A stretch of 57,772 bases of DNA, filler included, from Catajapyx aquilonaris (taxonomy: Eukaryota): the NCBI GenBank assembly GCA_000934665.2. It is 2 parts of 2 records of this genome, joined end to end, with 100 filler letters (N's around TTAATTAATTAA, not from the genome) between each part and the next. Parts side by side here need not be neighbours in the genome. Positions count along the whole stretch, not along the records: positions 1 to 28,868 come from KZ539238.1; 1 more part is not named here. One strand, given 5' to 3'. Made by a program: the position numbers and the translations under genes. Below are positions 14,491 through 26,908 of the stretch, in pieces; the stretch's first letter is position 1; every line of letters starts with the position of its first letter. The notes below the pieces were generated by a model. It ran no database searches. It was not told the DNA's origin and saw only the letters and a list, made by a program, of their open reading frames with translations.

Positions 14491-16760
14491 TACACTTCAC
14501 GACCCTGATAGTGGCAGTAATGTGCAGGGAGGGATAATGCGCCATCTATGTGAGGGATATGGTACTACGTGAACAGTCCCAGATAATTTGTCCAAGTTTT
14601 GACAAGGGTTTGACTCTCGTAACATCAGATACTATTACTACGACTGTAAGCTTTTATCAACCTCACAACTTGGAGCTAATGAACATGAACTTTTCAACCC
14701 CTCCAAAAATGGTGGAATACTATCGATTCCACACCCCCCCCCCCTTTCCCTCCGCCCTTAGGAACAATCGTTATCAAATGACATCTTTCACTTCAACAAA
14801 AGCAAATTCCACCCACCCCGCTTTTCGCCATTTTTTTGCACTCTTTTCTCTCTCTCTCTTTTTTCGATTCTCAAGTCCCAAGGAGACAGAACGTAATCAG
14901 ACACTACTCAGCTGCACTGGGAGTAGTTCCTTCAATCGATGAAAATACAAGAGCTTCATTCCCATTTGGTGCACTCAGCCATAGCCTGGGAGATTGACTT
15001 TCAATACATTTTTTAACCCTTTTAAGAGACGTTCGCAGAAAAGAAGAAAAAAAAAATCGCAATCCTCTCAGGAATCGTCTATTTTTTCTATTTTTCCAGC
15101 TTTTCATTCTATATATTTTCCGGTCTAGATAATGGACATCAAGAATTTAAATTATCGGGAAAATTTTTTTTGGGGGGGTGAACGACGACTTATTCTGGCG
15201 ATTAGCACCAGGAGGGGGTATAAGTGGATTAAAATCTGCGGATGGGGGGAATGGGGAAGGGAGGGGTTGGGGAATATAATCCTATCACAGGACAAATGAG
15301 GAACATTAGAGCTCACAATCGGATACTCCCAATAAATAAACCGCAAAAATGGTCGTAAAATTCGGGGCGACAAGTTATCGAACAAGTCTCGCTTTTTACG
15401 AGACACAAGAGGGCTAATCTGGTTGTCAAAACTGGGTTACGTCATTACAGGTGTTAAACTGTAGCAGGGGTTAAACGGCCGATCATATTGTTGTACGTTT
15501 GAAAATGACGCTTAACTTCCTAGTTTCATCTGTCTAAAATCGAATTTTTTGTGAATATCGATAGATACCTGTGGACGTTGATTTATCGTTGTATTGATAT
15601 GTTGAATCGATATATTGACTGGTCGAATCGATATATCGATATGTAATCGATATGTGCTATGGAAATGTAATTATGAAGCCGCATATACAGATATATCGAT
15701 TTCATATTTTCTTGCATATGAGAGATTTAGATATAAAAATTATGAAACACATTGTCACATATCGATATATCGATACATATTTCATATCCGTATTCCACAC
15801 GTCACATATCGATATATCGATTACATACAATTTTATACGTCAGTATATAATATATCATTCAACCCCTTCCCGTACATCAAAATATCGATTCAACATGTTT
15901 TCATACATAGATATATCCATTCAATGCATTTTCACATATTAATATCGATTATGTATATTGATATAATATATTTACTTATACGTATATCGATACATATTCG
16001 ATACGCGTATAAGGAAATATATTACATCAATATAAGTTACTATCATATTGGATATGGATATATGAAAATACATCGAATCGATATATCGATGTATGAAAAC
16101 ATTTGAAATCGATATGTTGATCTATTAAAACATATGAAATCGATATTTTGATGTTTGAAAACATTTGAAACCGATATTTTGATGTATGAGACAAGTTTAA
16201 TCGATATTTTGATCTATGGAAACAAGTTGAATCGATATACTGATATCTGACAATATAAAGAATCGATGTATAAGTATATAAAAATTGATGAAAATTGTGG
16301 TTTTTAACATTACCTCTCTGGAAGTACCATTTGGTGTAAGCAAAATTAATCTGCAATTTTCTATTTGCTTCTACTTTCAATTGCACTTTTCCCGTATGAT
16401 TCCAGCATTGCGAAATTCCAGTCCCCCTTTTGGAAACTTGGCCACAAAAAAACCTGGTGCTCAAGTGTCACCTGCTGTACTTTCCATCCCCTCTAAGTTT
16501 GTCCAAAACCCCAGGATTCAGCCATGGACCAGTGTGCTGGGAGAGCCTTCCCTTGTACTCTCTAATTGGCCTTAAGGGAATTAGTCACCGCTTATTGTCC
16601 CCGTATTTACGACAGAGGGGGGGCGGGGCGCAACGCTCTTTCTCTCTACAACACACAGCCTCTTTTTTAAATAAAAAATGTTACTTAAGAAGTTTTGGCC
16701 AAATTAACGTTTCAAGGACAGTCCTCGTTACCTCTGCAGTAGGTTCCATCTTGTTTCCAG

Positions 16761-16931
16761 GGAAGAGGCTTATACCCAGCTCCAAGTATGACCTGGAGGA
16801 GACAACTGTCACCATGTACTCACTGCTGATGAAGCTGACCATCAAGGACTTGGAGAAGAAGGACTTCGGAAGCTACAACTGCGCCTCTGCCAACGCCCTG
16901 GGAAACACGGAGGGAACAGTCAGATTGCAAG
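16761..16931 (+). CDS. Penultimate coding exon of an Ig-superfamily cell-adhesion protein (Lachesin/DIP/IgLON-like), C-terminal half of an Ig domain
   Basis: Acceptor TTGTTTCCAG at 16751-16760 and donor GTGAAC at 16932, both phase 1. Encodes GKRLIPSSKYDLEETTVTMYSLLMKLTIKDLEKKDFGSYNCASANALGNTEGTVRLQ, with the Ig LTI and DxGxYxC motifs. I found no upstream exons in 1-16760. Confidence 0.9.
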
Positions 16932-18215
16932 GTGAACTATTAGTATCGCTTACGTACAGTAGTTCAGTCCAGACCTGTTGCACGAAATCAAATTGAAAGA
17001 AAATTTCAGATTATGACTGTTCAGAAATTTTTGCACAAAATGTTCGTAACTTTGTTTGGTGCATTTATCTATATTATGACAAATAGCGAAGTTTGTTTGT
17101 TTGTCCATATTTTTGGTTACCATGCCAACCGGATTATAAATATTTACAAACTAGCTAATGAGTAAAATTTGTAAAGGGCTTAGAAATGGTGACAAATTGA
17201 AGTTGACAGCTAATGTTGCGAGTACAAAAATGGCAGCTGAGGCCGCAGATGGGGGCAGCCATGTTGGGCCTCTGTGCTACCAGGAATCTTCCGAAATCAC
17301 TGCCGTTTAATTTGCGTCCATAATACCTTCCCTTAGTTGACTTTCCGGACCGTAAACCAAGCGCCAGATTTTTGAGCTCAGTTTAAAAAATTGCGTTTTA
17401 ACAAAAAAGAAAAGCGGGTAGGGGGGAATACACAATGAAGGCAATCGATACTTGTCAGAGCTTGGGATATGAGGCGGGCAAGAATCGGCGGAAAACACCC
17501 GCCATCGCACGCCCCAAAAACAAATTCCGGCTAATAATGTTTGCCTTTGTGCCATAAGGGCAGATGGGATTGGGGTCCCCCCGGAGACGTATCGCCGATC
17601 CGGATGGTCTCATCATGAGGGACAACCCCCCTTCTCTCCACACTCTTGCGCTGCTAAATCCACTCAGCTTGGGATGGCAGAGTGAGGAGGGTATCACACC
17701 TTTAATTAGTGCCAAATAAGCCAATCTTGAAGCCTTCCAGGGTCTTGAGAACACGCATGTTCACGCGGGTTGGCTAGAAGCGTTTAAAAGTTCAAAATCG
17801 ATAGTATCGTCCCTTTATAATAATGTCGTAAATATCACGTAGATGGGTCCAACATTAGATTAACGTTGATCTGATGTTGATTAAACTAGGTTAAAGTTAA
17901 GAATCGATAGGATCGTTGATGGCACGTGAACGAATGTCGCCATAATTGTGCAATTGTAATATAAATTATAATCAGTATGAATGTGTACTTACTAGTTCAA
18001 ATTAATTGTACGATTAAAAATTAACACAAATTATGCCAATGAGCTGAAAATAATGAATAAAATACAACATACACAATCTCAAATTGTTAAATTTTTAAAT
18101 TAATTTCATATGAATAATAAATATTCATTCATTCATTCATATTCATCACGGCCTTGATCCCATGAAGGGGCGTGGCCAGTGAATGTATCTGGTCATCTCT
18201 TTTGACCTGGTCATA

Positions 18216-18280
<65 letters not shown>

Positions 18281-21200
18281 AACCATTATAATAAATTGCA
18301 GAAACTTGGATTTATGACCTAAAATTGGGAAAAAATAACTGAATTTAATTATCGATAGTATCAGACATATATCAATTAGTGTCGTATATTAAATATATAA
18401 TTATTGTAAAATTATATTGTGATGTATCTGGATCACAGAAGCGGAATCATGACCGAAAATGAATCTGCGAAAATTGGGCATAAATTGAAATCGCCTTAAA
18501 ATTATATTTTCAACTATCGATAGTATCGGTATTATTACTCATATGTACTGAATCGTATTTTTAAATATATAATTTTAAATATAATGTGTCCATGGACACT
18601 GAAGCAGCATCATGACCGGAAAAGGAGCGGAGGGGATGATGGTTGAGGGGGGTGAGGGACGTAAATTATGCGGATATAACGCGCGGAATTCAAAGTAGTA
18701 GGCTCGACCACCCCCTCATCTACATTTTCAATGAGCCCCCCTTTTTTTCGCGCCCCCCATTTTTTTGGCAGCGGTAGATGCAAGTATGTAGTACGGCAAA
18801 GGGTAGGGTACTGGAGGGGGTGGAGGGGGATACTATCGGCAGCATTCCAAAGGCACTTGTAAGCCTCCTCCTATGGACCCCGAACAGAAAAAAAAGCCTG
18901 GAAAATTTTCATTAACTCTACCTCTGGAAATAAACCGTTCTCTCCCAGCATTATTGAGCTGATACAAAACGCAGCTTTTCGACCACTCCTATTTTTTCGT
19001 AGTCATTACCACCCCCCCCCCCCCTCTCCACCAGTCTATCCTAGTGGATTGTTGTCCTCTCGGTCCACACAACGCTCATCCCATTAGCTTAGCTTGATGA
19101 CTTTTTTGTGAGCGCGGGAAAAGGATATATGAATGCCGTTGGTGTATTGTTATGTACTGAGAGTGGGGGGTGGGGAGGTGGGAGGGGGGTATTGATGTAA
19201 TTCGAGTTTCATTCCCGTTAACTAAACTGGCTGGTCTGGAGAAGGTGAGGTGAATGGAGATTGAAAGGGTGGGGACCAGGTCCATCCAGTGTGTTTTCAA
19301 TGGTGCAGGGGCAGTGCTTTTTAATCAGTCTATTTTCTGAGCAACTGCGATTCCGGGTGACAATGGGTGGGGAGGGTCATGGATTTTCAAATGCGTAACA
19401 ATGCCGGGTTCTGAAAGCCATTTAGCTGATTAGAGAAAAAATTCCGGGATGTGCCGGAACGATCCAGTCACTGGGTGTTCAAACTGCCCAATGACGTAAT
19501 CAGTTGTTCTCTGAGGATAATGTATCAAAAACACTAATCGATTTGGTCTCCTACATGGTTCAATGTATTGAAAATCGATATGAAAATATATCGACATCGA
19601 AAATTCATTTACGGTACGGTATATCACAATGTATCGACATTAAAAATACATTGATATCACAATGTATCGACATTAAAAATACATTGATATCACAATGTAT
19701 CGATATTAAAAATATGTTACTATCAAAATAAATCGATATTAAAATAAATCGATATGATAATATATCGATATTATAATGTATCTATATTATAATGTATCGA
19801 TATTAAAGGTACACTGATAGAAATTATTGATATGGAAAACATCGATGTAAACATGTCTATATTGGAAATACAGCGGAGTTGGAATATTGATATTGGAAAT
19901 ACAGCTATCGAATATATCGATATTGGAAAAACAGTTATCGAATACATATCGATGTTGGAAATAGTTATCGAATATATATCGAAATCAAAATGAAACATCG
20001 ATATTGAGACCATTAATTACGAAATGGAATATCGATATTGAAATTATTATACATTGACGTGGTTACTCGATATTCGAATCATATATTGACGTGACTAATC
20101 GATATTGATTATACTAATAAAATAAAATATCAACATTGAAATCATGTATCGAGGTGATTAATCGATATGATCGGTTTTTCTCAAATATATTGAACATCGA
20201 TAATAATTGTGTCATATTCGCGTCCGTATGAACACGTCCGTTCCTTTCCAATTCCCCCAGTATGTCCAAACAGCTCCTGCTTATCACTCCCACCCTATCG
20301 ATACCACCCCAGCTTCCACTCTCGTAAAAAGTGTTCCAACCGACCATTAGCTGTAAATCTTGCAAATGGCCAAATCGCACATCAATCTTATCGATCCCCC
20401 TCATTTAGGAAAAGTATCCTCCTCCTGTCCCCACACACGTGACATAAGCCTCCCTTTCCTGGTGACATCCATCCCCTCTCCTCCCCCNNNNNNNNNNNNN
20501 NNNNNNNNACCCCCCCCCCCCCACCCGAAATTTATAAGCCCAGTGCTAGATGGGGCAAACCTCGCTTTATCTAGGCTAGACAGGCTTCGACCCTTGATGA
20601 CTCCGGGCCCCATATTCCCTCACTCCGGATCGGAATCCGGGCCCCCTCGATGCCCACCAATTGTAGTCTGCGTCTCGATAATAAAGCCTTATGGGTGGTA
20701 GAGGGTAGGGTGGTTGTGATGGGAGGGAAGAAAAGTAAGAAATACGAGGGTACCGCACTTCCTCCCTCTTGGAAAAAGGTCTTTTGTTGAGGGGGGGCCA
20801 CCTCCGCAATTTTTTTTTTGGAGAGCACTTCCGGGCCCCTTGGCTGGATGGTCCACTAGATATCCTCCACAACCTTAGCTCTTGATAATCGCATAACCGA
20901 CCATCGATCTAGGGGGATACTGTTCTTTTGTTGTCAGGAACCCTCTTAACCGGCGGCTATCGGGGCCGATAAGCACGTGCTGGATCATCTGGCAACTCTG
21001 CTCATTAAGGCACGTGCTGATGGCTCTCAAAAATTCACAAAAGGTTCAAAATTCAAGATTCACATCGGAATTACTGCTGAGTGTCAAATTAACAACTCGC
21101 GCAACCACTCAAGAGCAACTGTTAATAAGTAGCCGTTATTTTTACAGTTTTACATCAATAACGTTTAATAAATAGCAGATATATTTCACTCATTTCCGTC

Positions 21201-21915
21201 ATTGTTGACCAATTACTTCACAGAGAGCCGCTATTTCATGCGAATCTTATCCGTTCAACAATAGCGCTCAATAAGCAGCAGTTATGTTCACTACCTTCTG
21301 TAATTGCTGTCGAGTAGCGTTTAAAAAGAACAGTTATTATCTTCAAATACGAACCGTTCATCAATAGCGTTTAGTGAGTAGCAGTTACTTTTCACTGCTT
21401 TTTGTAATAAATTGTTGACCAATAACGTTTTAAAAAGCCGCTATTTTCTGAGAATCCTAACCGTTCGTTAATAGCACTTAATAAGCAGCGATTATTTTTC
21501 ACTATGTTTTAACTATTGCTAAATAACAGCGCTTATCATTCTGATCCCTCTCTCTTTTTCCTGTTACCGATCAGCTGATCTAGCATCCTTGCTAATTTCC
21601 GGACTGAATATTTTCAACCGTCCGCGTCCCAAAGATGGCACGCTGACACACAATTCGCAAAAACAAAACTGTGTCAACCATCTGGCAACCCTGCTTGAGA
21701 CTGTAAAATTCGGGTAAAGGCTGAAAAAAAACCCGGAGTCAGCTTGGAAATTTTCGTGAGAACCGGGCCACCACACATGGTAACGTTGAATCGATACGGA
21801 CAAGTACGGACGGACTGGCACTTTCACGGTGGCCATTACCCGGAGGCATAAGTGCGGTGACGTCGAAACAGGGTTGTCAGCTGTAGGAATGTACATGAAT
21901 CACGATAACTGTAGC

Positions 21916-22430
21916 GCTGAAGTAGACATGAAGCTCAAATTAGCCTCCAAGAGATCACGACTCAGGGTAGGTTAGAGGAGCCACCCGCAACTCCCACCCT
22001 AGCCTTATGGGGACGCCCGTGCTCTTAACAAGCCCTCCGCCACCCCGAATTTGGCGCTGCAGTCGGGCACTGTACTAAATCGCATTCGAGAGAACGACTT
22101 CTGAACCGTTCTGAACCTACCTAATCTGTCAAACTTGTGTCAAACGCAGATTCGGCCACCATCGCCCGAATGCTATTTGGAACTGCTCATTCGGGCGGTT
22201 GGGGGGTGAATCTGCGCTTGACAGTTTAGGTAGGTTCAGAACGGTTCAGAAGTCGTCCACCCGAATACGTTTAGTACAGTGCCAGACTGCAGTGCCAAAT
22301 TCGGGGTGGCGGAGGATTTGTTAAGAGCACGAGCGTCCCCATAAGGCTAGGGTGGGAGTTGGGTTACTTTAGGTTAGGTTAAGTAGCGGATCGCCTCAGT
22401 GATGGGTAATTTGAGCTTCAGATCTGCTAC
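21916..22430. mobile_element. Nested palindromic MITEs forming a long hairpin
   Basis: Inner arms of about 21988-22165 and 22190-22361 (CAACTCCCACCCTAGCCTTATGGGGACGC / GCGTCCCCATAAGGCTAGGGTGGGAGTTG). Outer arms TGAAGCTCAAATTA / TAATTTGAGCTTCA. Confidence 0.8.
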
Positions 22431-22488
22431 CTTAATCATTTTCGCGTCCCTTCGATCTGTTTCGCTCATATTGGTCCCATGTTTTCAG

Positions 22489-22898
22489 AGCTGTACTTGC
22501 CTCCGAAGACCACGACAGCGTCAACGCCTGCCCTGGAGGTGACTGAGCCCCGGGGCAAACACCACAGAGAGAAGCACCGTCGGAAGCCTCGACCAAAGTC
22601 CGGGAAACCCTACTCCGACGACTACGACGAGGTAGACGAGAACCTCCTTGGCCCCGGGGCGGCCGCCGCAGCCGCAGCTGCCGAGCCCACCCCGCCCTTA
22701 TGGGTCCTCCAGCACCCCCACACAACAGCGGCTTCCTCCACTGCCACCAGCTCTACACCGAGGCCGCCATATTGGATCTTCCGAAAGAACGGGGCCATCC
22801 CCTCATCAAGGAACGGGGCCCACAGTCTTCCACTTCTGCTCCTACTCCCAGTGCTCATTGCCCTCGCCGGCCTACGCGCCCCGAGTCTGCCCTTGTGA
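22489..22898 (+). CDS. Terminal coding exon of the Ig-superfamily gene: Pro/Thr/charged stalk and hydrophobic C-terminus (GPI-anchor-signal-like)
   Basis: Acceptor GTTTTCAG at 22481-22488; phase 1 joins the previous exon in frame (VRLQ-E-LYLPPK). Ends ...SSRNGAHSLPLLLLLPVLIALAGLRAPSLPL followed by TGA. Confidence 0.85.
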
Positions 22899-25800
22899 TG
22901 GTCAGTCCCCACTGCCCCTCCTCCACTTCTAAGGACATGTTGAAAGGATAAGAGGACCGTGCGGGAATTCGCGGTTGGGCAACGTTCGCGATGGGAGTAG
23001 TCGCAGATGGTATCGTTTCAACTATGGAGATCAGGTTTAACCACGAACTTATATTGGAAACTCCCCTTATCAGCTGTGGGGTTGCCGCTTCGGCGCTGCT
23101 GTAGTACTCAGCTGTATGGCGATCCTGGCAGACGATTCTGCATGTAGCACTCATCGATAGTATAAGACCATGGAATTTTTAACGGCTTAATCGTCCGCTA
23201 GGATCGCCACACAGTTGAGCACAGCAGTAACCCTACGGGTACAGCTGATATGGGCACAGGGGTCTCCATAAAGCTGGGGTAGGAGTGTCAGGGGCCTGGG
23301 CCGCCATTTTTTTCAAGATGGCGTCGGCTGATTACGATTATCTCAGCTGTCACGTAACTATAGCACAAATTGGGATGGTACAAGTCATGCTCGGGCCCAA
23401 TCAGTGTGGCCCACCATTGTTGCTAGACTTGGCCTCCATAGTTGGACATCTCTCCATGTTAAAGTTAGGACACGACCACAATAAACCTAGATTTATTACC
23501 TGCTTCCACACGTCTACATGTCCACTCCTTTTCCTCCCAGGGGGGGAGGGGTTTGCCAAAATTAATGTTCTGCGACTTGTCACAATTTTGCAAAATGGTT
23601 TTCGGAGGGTGGAGAGAGAGGGGGGGGACACTTTTTGCAAAAGGTTTTGATAGCGACCGCCGGCTTGTTGAATCAGGCGTGAATAATTGATAAAGAGCAG
23701 GAGTGCCAACATTTCGCATGAATTACGTTTCAACTAGACGATATTCACGTCAAAGGCAATAATAGTTTCATTTGCGAACGTTTAAAATTCGCGAGTTTCT
23801 ACTGCCCATTCGCGAATGTTACTCCCCCGCGAATATAACTGACCGCTTAAAAAAATATTTGAATTTGGCGCGACTCCTCCCCCTTCCCCCTCCACCCCTT
23901 ATTGCCGGTGTTGCCAAAGTTACAACACAGGAGACGGACATCTGGTGTTGTCTCAGCTCATTTTTAGTCGCCCTTTGTGGGTAGGTTCGCCAAGGGTTTG
24001 TCGCAGTGTTTACCATTTGTTTACTAAACAAAAAAGAGAGAACATGGCTGGGTACGGATGATCAGTGTCCTGATATATTGCAACAGAGGTGGGTATTGAA
24101 ACAGGAACTTGGGAAAGTCAGGATTTATTGTTAATTTTACGAAGATGTGGCAACAGCGGTATGAATTGCCAAACCAGCTGGCAACATGGCACCAACACGC
24201 TATTGCCAGATTGACGCCGACAAAACCAGTGTTGCCAAACCAGCAATGGCGCAATGTGCCATATTGATGCAGTGTTGCCATATCATCCGTATTTCTGACT
24301 ATCTCCACAGTTTTCAGCGGTCCCCGCAAATTTTCGCAAATTGCACACTTGAAACGGCTCGATAGAGCTGCAGTGCTATGGTGACAATAATTATGTACCG
24401 GAGACTTGCACCGCTGCAATTACTAGCATCGATTTAAGCACACTTTGTTCACCTGACGTGCCAGTTCCTGTTTCTACACCTCCGTCATTTTCTCCTTATT
24501 TCAAAGGGTTAGTTAACCATCTGATTAACCTTAACCACTACCCCCCAAAAAATTACATAATTACAGAGGACCAAATAACACAGTTGAAACACCTACACGT
24601 AATTCCAGTTTTTTTTTTGTTCTGTTGTTGCGGGTGTATGGCGTACCGAGTATGAGTGAACAGTACGTGGTGTGGATGTAATGTATCATACAATTTTTTT
24701 TTGTTGCAACAATGCGTGGGTTTCTGGCGGTTGCAGACAATCACGTTTAAGGGGGTGGGGCATCATATCAGGACGTGTGTGTAGGGATGTGTGGAGAGGA
24801 AGGAGTGTTTAGAGGGCTGATGAGGGTGGGGGATAAACCAATTATGTGGTGTGGCAGTGATTGGTTTTTCTGGGAGAGAAACCAATCGGGATGTCGATAA
24901 AACTACTCGGTGAGGCAGGTGGCACGATTGGTTTCGTTCAGCGGTACCTTCATCCCAAGTGTACGTTGGAAGTAAATAATAGCGATGTATAGAAGAATCT
25001 ATACCAGTTTAATGTGATATAAAATAGTGGATCGTTATCCAAATGGATATAAATTTGACACTCATTATATCGATATCATTTCCATACTTCCTACTGTTTA
25101 TTATATCGATAATTTTACTTATTCATATATAAATATAACATCAATTCTTTGAAATGTTAATGACTTCAATACTTTAAATATATTTTAAATCAATACTTAA
25201 ATGTATCGATATATTTCTGATAATTTTAATTAACGATACTAATGACACAGAGGCAGTTAATCCTTTTTCACGGATCAAGCCGAAACAACTAGGTTTTCCA
25301 TAATATCGGAATTTTGATAGTTCCATTAATACTTTCAAAGCTACCAGTATTGAACACCAGATTGCCACTTAGATCGCGATAATACGGCATCCATGATTCT
25401 ATCATTACCCTTAACAGCTATCAAATGCTCCGCCAGTCAAATGCACCAATAGGCTCTCCTGTCGACATTGCAGCGATTATTCCAATAGTACCAGGATATT
25501 TCTGCATATCTATCCAACATGGAAAACCGCAGAGAAACCAATCGTGCCATCGGTCTACTATGAGCGAACCAATCCTGAAGTAGAGCGAAGTGATTTCTCA
25601 TACATTCTCGCAGTAGATGACCCATCCAACCCCATCTGAAACATGGCAGCTCCCAAGTATAAACTGAATATTGTGATTGTTTATGCAACCCAAGTCTGTC
25701 AAACCGGTATACCCCCCGTCGCTTAGTAGTATCGTGGTATCGACATACCTACCGCAATCCTTATCCCCCCACGAAAAAAAAGGCTGTCACTTGATTTCCC

Positions 25801-26549
25801 GCCTCCATTGTTGACAACACCCTTCTCCTGAAAATGAAATTGCCCTACCCCCATGTCCTACCTCTCCCCAATGTTTAACCTCGCTCGGCCGGGGGATAAA
25901 AATGGCCTCTTTCCCGCTCAACAGATCAGGGACGTTTGCAGTACAATAGATCCCAAAGCTTCCCTCCTCCTCCTCCTCCTCCTCCTTTCCCCCATCCCCC
26001 CTCCTTTTTTCTGTCCTATCAGAGCCCACGCCCCCATACTATTTTAGTTGGCATCGACACCGTGTTTCAGCAGAGAAACGCAATCTTACGCCTTCGTTTC
26101 GGGAAGCGGTTTACGACTTTCATTCTTCTCTTTCCGCCAGAAGGAATATCTTTGCCGATGCTGCTGGCCCCAGAGGGAAGGAAAAAAAGGATACAAAAAG
26201 AAAAGAAGGGGGGGAAAAAGTAAAGAAATCGAAAGTCCGGCGCATCTTTACCCCAGGAGTTTCTACAAAAGTCCACAAGTTTTGGTCCGCAATGCAGCTA
26301 ACTGGCTCCAATTCGAGGTTATTCGCATAACATAGGTGAGACCCAATAAGGGAAAACGAAAGAAGTGAGAACCAATCAGAAACATCTGGGATATTAGCAT
26401 AAAGGACCGTGAGCCAATCAGCGCGCAGGTCACACTGTTGCCACATCGTTCATTGAAACATGTGCAGGAGATTTTAAATTAATATTTTATTTTATTATTA
26501 GTGAATAATTTAAAGTCTAACGTAGTTTCGTAAATATGGCTACATTGTA

Positions 26550-26908
26550 CTATTATGCGATTCACGAGTCCTGGCCTGTTAGGCTCCTCCCCCGTCCTCC
26601 GCCCTCCGAAGGCGAGGTTGCCACGTCCGTGTCCGCGTCCGCCATGGCCTCACTCGCCTGCCAGGAGGATGGGGGAGAGCACTTGGCAGCAGTGGAGAGT
26701 GGATCGCATTGGGGGGGGGGGGGGGGGANGGGACAACCAGGCCTGGAAATACGACGAACCACCTATCCCTTGTTGAGACCGAACCCCGCACCAATGGCTC
26801 CTACTCGCGAGAATCACGACCATTCCAGGCCTGATTTCTTCCGCCGCTGACGTTGGGAGGAGGTGGATGGAGCCTAACAGGCCAGGACTCGTGAATCGCA
26901 TAATAGTG
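26550..26908. mobile_element. Inverted-repeat element (MITE-like)
   Basis: TATTATGCGATTCACGAGTCCTGGCCTGTTAGGCTCC is mirrored by GGAGCCTAACAGGCCAGGACTCGTGAATCGCATAATA. Confidence 0.75.

Noticed and set aside
16430..16996. 188-aa single-exon gene
   Set aside because: Only 16761-16931 has Ig character and splice sites; the flanks are open intron sequence.
20488..20508. Short N runs as structural features (also 3686, 26729, 34467-34479)
   Set aside because: They sit in or beside G/C-rich runs and are best explained as sequencing dropouts.
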